Shown in pieces: positions 36,629 through 41,536 of a stretch of DNA of 41,536 nucleotides; the first letter of the stretch is position 1; every line of letters starts with the position of its first letter. Source of the DNA: Octopus bimaculoides. Taxonomy: Eukaryota. The notes under the pieces were generated by a model. The model was not told the DNA's origin. It saw nothing but the letters and a program-made list of their open reading frames with translations, and ran no database searches. A program made the position numbers and the translations under genes. The stretch covers positions 25,679,413-25,720,948 of the forward strand of contig NC_068998.1 of NCBI RefSeq assembly GCF_001194135.2. Reading direction: 5' to 3'.

Positions 36629-37306
36629 NNNNNNNNNNNNNNNNNNNNNNNNNNNNNNNNNNNNNNNNNNNNNNNNNNNNNNNNNNNNNNNNNNNNNNNN
36701 NNNNNNNNNNNNNNNNNNNNNNNNNNNNNNNNNNNNNNNNNNNNNNNNNNNNNNNNNNNNNNNNNNNNNNNNNNNNNNNNNNNNNNNNNNNNNNNNNNNN
36801 NNNNNNNNNNNNNNNNNNNNNNNNNNNNNNNNNNNNNNNNNNNNNNNNNNNNNNNNNNNNNNNNNNNNNNNNNNNNNNNNNNNNNNNNNNNNNNNNNNNN
36901 NNNNNNNNNNNNNNNNNNNNNNNNNNNNNNNNNNNNNNNNNNNNNNNNNNNNNNNNNNNNNNNNNNNNNNNNNNNNNNNNNNNNNNNNNNNNNNNNNNNN
37001 NNNNNNNNNNNNNNNNNNNNNNNNNNNNNNNNNNNNNNNNNNNNNNNNNNNNNNNNNNNNNNNNNNNNNNNNNNNNNNNNNNNNNNNNNNNNNNNNNNNN
37101 NNNNNNNNNNNNNNNNNNNNNNNNNNNNNNNNNNNNNNNNNNNNNNNNNNNNNNNNNNNNNNNNNNNNNNNNNNNNNNNNNNNNNNNNNNNNNNNNNNNN
37201 NNNNNNNNNNNNNNNNNNNNNNNNNNNNNNNNNNNNNNNNNNNNNNNNNNNNNNNNNNNNNNNNNNNNNNNNNNNNNNNNNNNNNNNNNNNNNNNNNNNN
37301 NNNNNG
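36629..37306. other. Assembly gap
   Basis: N run after (TA)n. Confidence 1.
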
Positions 37307-37645
37307 AAGAATGACAGCGAAACGGGCTGGTTACTACCTAGCTCAGATACCAGGAAACCCCAAAATGGCTGAAGTTCAAAAGATAGCGCTCATGGGAACT
37401 GCCCATATCCTACGTAAAATACTGTCTATGTGATCTCAAATTTTAAAGCAAACACATAATTTTCTTATGGTTTCTTAAACATTCACTTGAACAAAACTGT
37501 ACAAATCCAAATATATGGTACCCTAGGCATAACACCTACATGAACTTCTAACTTGTTGTCTCTTGAGGTCTCTGGGTGAGACTTGGATCCAACTTGTACA
37601 AATGCAAAACAAAAGTCAAACATAAAATAATAATAATAATAATCA
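37307..37645 (+). mobile_element. R4/Dong-clade LINE 3' end, copy E, with (TAA)n tail
   Basis: QIPGNPKMAEVQKIALMGTAHILRKILSM*, then a 3' UTR containing gaggtctctgggtgagacttgga (similar to copy A gaggtctttgttgtgacttga) and an aataataat tail. Confidence 0.85.
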
Positions 37646-37671
37646 CAACAACAACAACAACAACAACAATA

Positions 37672-37828
37672 ACGACATCGAAAAATACCTTAGGAATGAG
37701 AACCCAGATTCGAAATTTCCCCAAGACACCTGCTTATGCCTGAAGGTTATATCAGCCGAAACGTTGGGTTAACAACATCCAAGATGAGGACAAATACTCG
37801 TCAATTGTAAATAATGTAAATAAAGTAC
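37672..37828 (+). mobile_element. Short hammerhead-bearing repeat, copy 2 (ribozyme core decayed)
   Basis: 37725-37770 reads gacac ctgctta t gcctg aaggttatat cagcc gaaa cgtt gggtt; the core CUGANGA and stem II are mutated relative to copy 1. Confidence 0.8.
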
Positions 37829-37919
37829 AAACAGCTTGTTCACTCATATGAAACTGATCTTTTGTGGGAGTGGGGTTGTTTAGAAAAGAACATTGTTTTG
37901 TTTTTATTATAATTATTAT

Positions 37920-40525
37920 TATTCAGTAGTTTTATTTTTATAGCGTGATTTCACTTCACTACCGAGCACAGCTCTGTGTGCCTTGGGTATATGCTGTGGT
38001 TTGTTGTGATGCTCTTACGGTTACTGTATTGAAAGTGTTTTGCGTAGGATGTGTGCAGTGACCAGTAGTGCAATTTTCTGTATGTTATATATACTTGTAA
38101 GTCCTGGTGTTTTTGATATGTATTTGTATGAATATTTTCTTATTATACATAAGGCGCTTACTATGATAGGAATTGTTTCTGTTTTTAGGCTCCACATTCA
38201 AGTTACCTCTATTTCTAAGTCTTTGTATTTTGAAAGTTTCTCCATTTTTTATTGAGAAACGTTGTCATCTGCTGGTATTGATACATCAATTAGAAAGCAT
38301 TTTTTTCTTCATGATCTTTGACAACTATATCTGGCCTATTGGCCTTAATGTCTCTATCTGTGTGTATTGGCATATCCCAGAGTGTGGTTGCTTTCTCGTT
38401 TTCTGTGAGCTTTTCTGGCGTGTGTTTATACCATTTTTTTTTCTGTTGTTATTCCATAGTGTTGGCATAGCTTCCAGTGTATATAGGTCCCAGGTCTGTC
38501 GTGTCTGTGAATATATTCCTTCTTAGCCAGGAATGGGCAGCCAGAGATAATATGATTTATTGTTTCTTGTGGGGAGGCTTTGGTCTTGTGCAGCAATTAA
38601 AAATCCTTCAGTCTCTGCTTTGAGTCCTGAGCTTCTCAACCGTTGCTGAGATTTTTCTTTGTCTATTTCTTTTGCATTTAGTTTAGCCCAGTATTTGACA
38701 TGAAGGGGCTTTTCTCGCCATCGTTTTATCATGGTCCGTTGATGTTCCAGTTTTAGTTTGGATTTAATTTGTTTTATAGCTTTTGTTGTTTCTTCTTCAT
38801 ATTTTTGGTGTAGTATGATTTCTTGCTTGTATTTGTCAGCTTCCATAAATACTGAAAACAGCTTTTTTGTTTTGCTCGTGTTTTGTGGCCATTTGCATTA
38901 GTTTTCGTTGCTTATGAAGTAGGTACTTTTGCAGTTCTATGATGGTTATTTTATAATAGTTTTCCAGGTGTATAAGGCCTCTACCACCTTCTATATGTTG
39001 TATATATAGTCTTTCTATGTCAGATTTTGGGTAGTGCATCTTATATCCTGTCATTATTTTTCTTGTTTTCCTGTCTATTTTGGTTAGTTCATTTAGTGTC
39101 CAGGTAAGGAGATTGTAGTTGTAAATTATAACTGGGACGACTAAAATGGTAATACCTATTATCTTGTTTTTAGCATTGAGCTCTGTTTTCAATATTAATC
39201 TAACTCGTTTATAGTATTCTTTCTTTATTTTGTCTTTCATTTGTGTGTATGTGTTGTATCCTATCTAGTTCATTTATTCCTAAATATTTGTATGTCTGGC
39301 TGTGGTCTCATTCTCTTATTTCATTGGCTTTATCTGGGGTGATGTTGCCAATTTTAACTAGTTTTCCTCTTTACAGAGTTGCTTTGGCACATTTTTCTAA
39401 TCCAAATTTCATATCTATTTCTTTGGTAAATCCATGTACTCTCTCTAGTAGTGTTTCCAGCTGTTTATCATTTGTACCGTATAGTTTTAGGTCATACATA
39501 TATAAAGGGTGGCTGATTGTTTTTCCGTAACATATGTATCCGCATCCAGTTCTACTTAACATGTCAGATAAAGGTGTCAGTGCCAAGAGTGGAGAGAGCG
39601 TGTCTCCCTGGAATATTCCTCTTCTAATGGGGATGGCTTTGGTTTTCACTAGTCCCTCTTTTGTTGGAGCTGTAGCACTATCTGCATAGAGTGTCATGTA
39701 TTTTATGATTATTGGTGCTACCTTGTCTAAGGCTAGTGTTTTGAGGATCCACGTTTGGGGAACAATAGCAAAAGCCTTTCGGTAGTCGATCCAGGCCATA
39801 CTGAGGCCTTTCTTCTTTCTGCGGCTGTCTTCAATTATGGCTTTATTGATCAATAATTGATCTTTACAGCCGTATGAGCTCTCGCAGCATCCCTTCTGCT
39901 CTTCTGGAAGTAGGTTGTTTTCTTCTAGGTGCTTGCTCAATCTCTGTAATATTATTGCAGTAAAGGCTTTCTAGATTGTAGGGAGACAGGTTATAGGTCT
40001 GTAGTTTTGTGGTTTTGCCGTTTCAGTGGATTTCGGAATTGGGATAGTTTTCCCTTTCGTGAGCCATCCACGTATTGTCTCTGGCTCTGCTAGTATGTCG
40101 TTAAACTTTTCAGCCAGCTTTTTGTATATTCCTGTCAGATATTTTAACCAGAAGTTGGGGATCTTGTCGTGCCCGGGTGCCTTCCAGTTGCTTAGTTGTT
40201 GCAGTGTCTGGGTGACCTCTCCAGTTGTTATAGGGGTCCAGAGTTGCTCAGGTGCTAAGTACGCTGTTTTAATAATCCTTTTCTGAGGTTGTTCCTTCAC
40301 CGACCATATTTCTTTCCAAACTTCTTCCACTTCTGCTGTTGGCGCTGCAGTGATGCCTATTTTATTTTTGCCAAGTTCTTGGTAGAATTTTTTGGGGTTG
40401 GAGTTGAACTGTTTGTTTTGTTCAAAGAAACTTTGGCGTTCCTCATACCGGCGGATCCTTTGTGCTTTGGCCAGGATATCTTGCTTTAGCTTTTCTTTTA
40501 TCCGAAGCAAATCTTTTTCCGTTTA
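37920..40525 (-). mobile_element. R4/Dong-clade LINE, copy F (longest; 5'-truncated, decayed)
   Basis: Reads KAQRIRRY, WKAPGHDKIPNFWLK, YRPITCLPT, EQKGC..GCKDQLLINK, WIDYRKAF, GIFQGDTLSPL, YMYDLKLY (39491-39502, catalytic D>Y), FGLEKCAK, HYPKSDIERLY..GGRGL, AAQDQSL, HRHD, RPDIVV..LIDVSIP, and HILRKTLSIQ*. TAA-type repeats flank both ends. Confidence 0.95.
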
Positions 40526-40540
40526 TTAATATTATTATTA

Positions 40541-40622
<82 letters not shown>

Positions 40623-40647
40623 TTGTTTTTGTTGTTGTTGTTGTTGT
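40526..40647. repeat. Compound (ATT)n-(AGT)n-(GTT)n microsatellite
   Basis: Visible repeat. Confidence 0.96.
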
Positions 40648-40651
40648 AACT

Positions 40652-40865
40652 AAGGCGGCGACGGGCAGAATCGTTAGCACCCTGGACTAAATGCTTAGCG
40701 GTATTTCGCTCATCCCTACGTTCAGAGTTCAAATTCCGCCGAGGTCGGTTTTGCCTGTCATTGTTTCGGGGTCGATAAAATAACTACCAGTTGAACACTT
40801 AGGTTCGATGTAATCAGCTCATCCCCACTTCCCCCAAGCTGACCTTGTGGAAAACATTAGAATTG
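40652..40865 (+). mobile_element. tRNA-derived SINE (octopus-type), near full length
   Basis: Head aaggcggcgacgggcagaatcgttagcac, B-box GTTCAAATTC (40727-40736), core gaggtcggttttgcctgtcattgtttcggggtcgataaaataactaccag, and tail. Confidence 0.9.
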
Positions 40866-40872
40866 ATAGTAG

Positions 40873-40877
<5 letters not shown>

Positions 40878-40951
<74 letters not shown>

Positions 40952-40960
40952 ACATATATA
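40878..40960. repeat. (TA)n microsatellite
   Basis: Long TA run. Confidence 0.98.
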
Positions 40961-41534
40961 CAAATTATAGTTAGAATGGAGACATAATGGTGGAGGACCA
41001 CAGGAAAAATAACGCATATCCAACACAAGATTTAATATATATGTGTGTGTTCAAATCATTCCAGAAACAATTCAAATTTTGCAAGATCGGAGTTCCTGTA
41101 AAATTTTAAATTATAATTTCCAGAGATTTAAGCTTCAGTTGGAGTCCCTATTAGGCCGGGTTTCTCTCTATCTTTGAATTTTTTGACATATCGAAGTAAA
41201 AAGCGCGCCACCTAAGCCTAGTAATAAACTCATTCATTTTTTTCAGGGTAGGATTGGTATATTTCTAGTAGAGATTCCCAAATGTTGTTTCTCCAGTCCG
41301 TTTTGAAGTGCTCCAATGAGTTAAATATAAATTGTAATTTTTTTGTATAATTAGATATTGTTAATATAACAATACATAAAGACAGGCTAGAGTTGAAGTG
41401 CTCAGCTTGAGCTAGAATTCAAATTATAGTTAGAATGGAGACATAAGTGGTCTTCCACCCTTATGTCTCCATTCTAATTCTAGCTCATGCTGAGCACTTC
41501 AACTCTAGCCTGTCTTTATGTATTGTGATATTAA
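40961..41534. mobile_element. Unclassified element with TIR-like ends and a long terminal hairpin
   Basis: 40971-41001 matches the reverse complement of 41447-41477 at 29/31. 40961-40987 equals 41420-41446 (27/27). A hairpin spans 41361-41534. Confidence 0.55.
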
Positions 41535-41536
41535 TA

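Overview
AT-rich eukaryotic genomic DNA, dense in microsatellites, from a gapped draft assembly (7 N-gaps, most abutting simple repeats). The SINE and repeat landscape looks like an octopus (coleoid cephalopod) genome; this is inferred from remembered repeat consensus, not from a search. I recognise no intact protein-coding gene. Most ORF-track entries are gap or microsatellite artefacts, or pieces of dead transposons. The window is a layered transposon graveyard. It holds a Tx1/L1-like LINE (CCHC ORF1 joined to a partial RT), two tentative Penelope-like fragments, a long-TIR MITE, a DD34D mariner and a probable DD37D maT element. It also holds six R4/Dong-type LINE pieces, four of them joined to (TAA)n tracts, an RTE LINE and several tRNA-derived SINEs. 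The most interesting signals are: (i) a short repeat carrying an apparently intact minimal type-I hammerhead ribozyme (26749-26794, minus) plus a decayed second copy; (ii) head-to-tail chaining of Dong LINEs through TAA microsatellites; (iii) a pair of inverted tRNA-like modules at 5.1-5.6 kb; (iv) a nested hairpin/TIR structure at the window end. All calls come from manual reading and translation; nothing was searched or computed.
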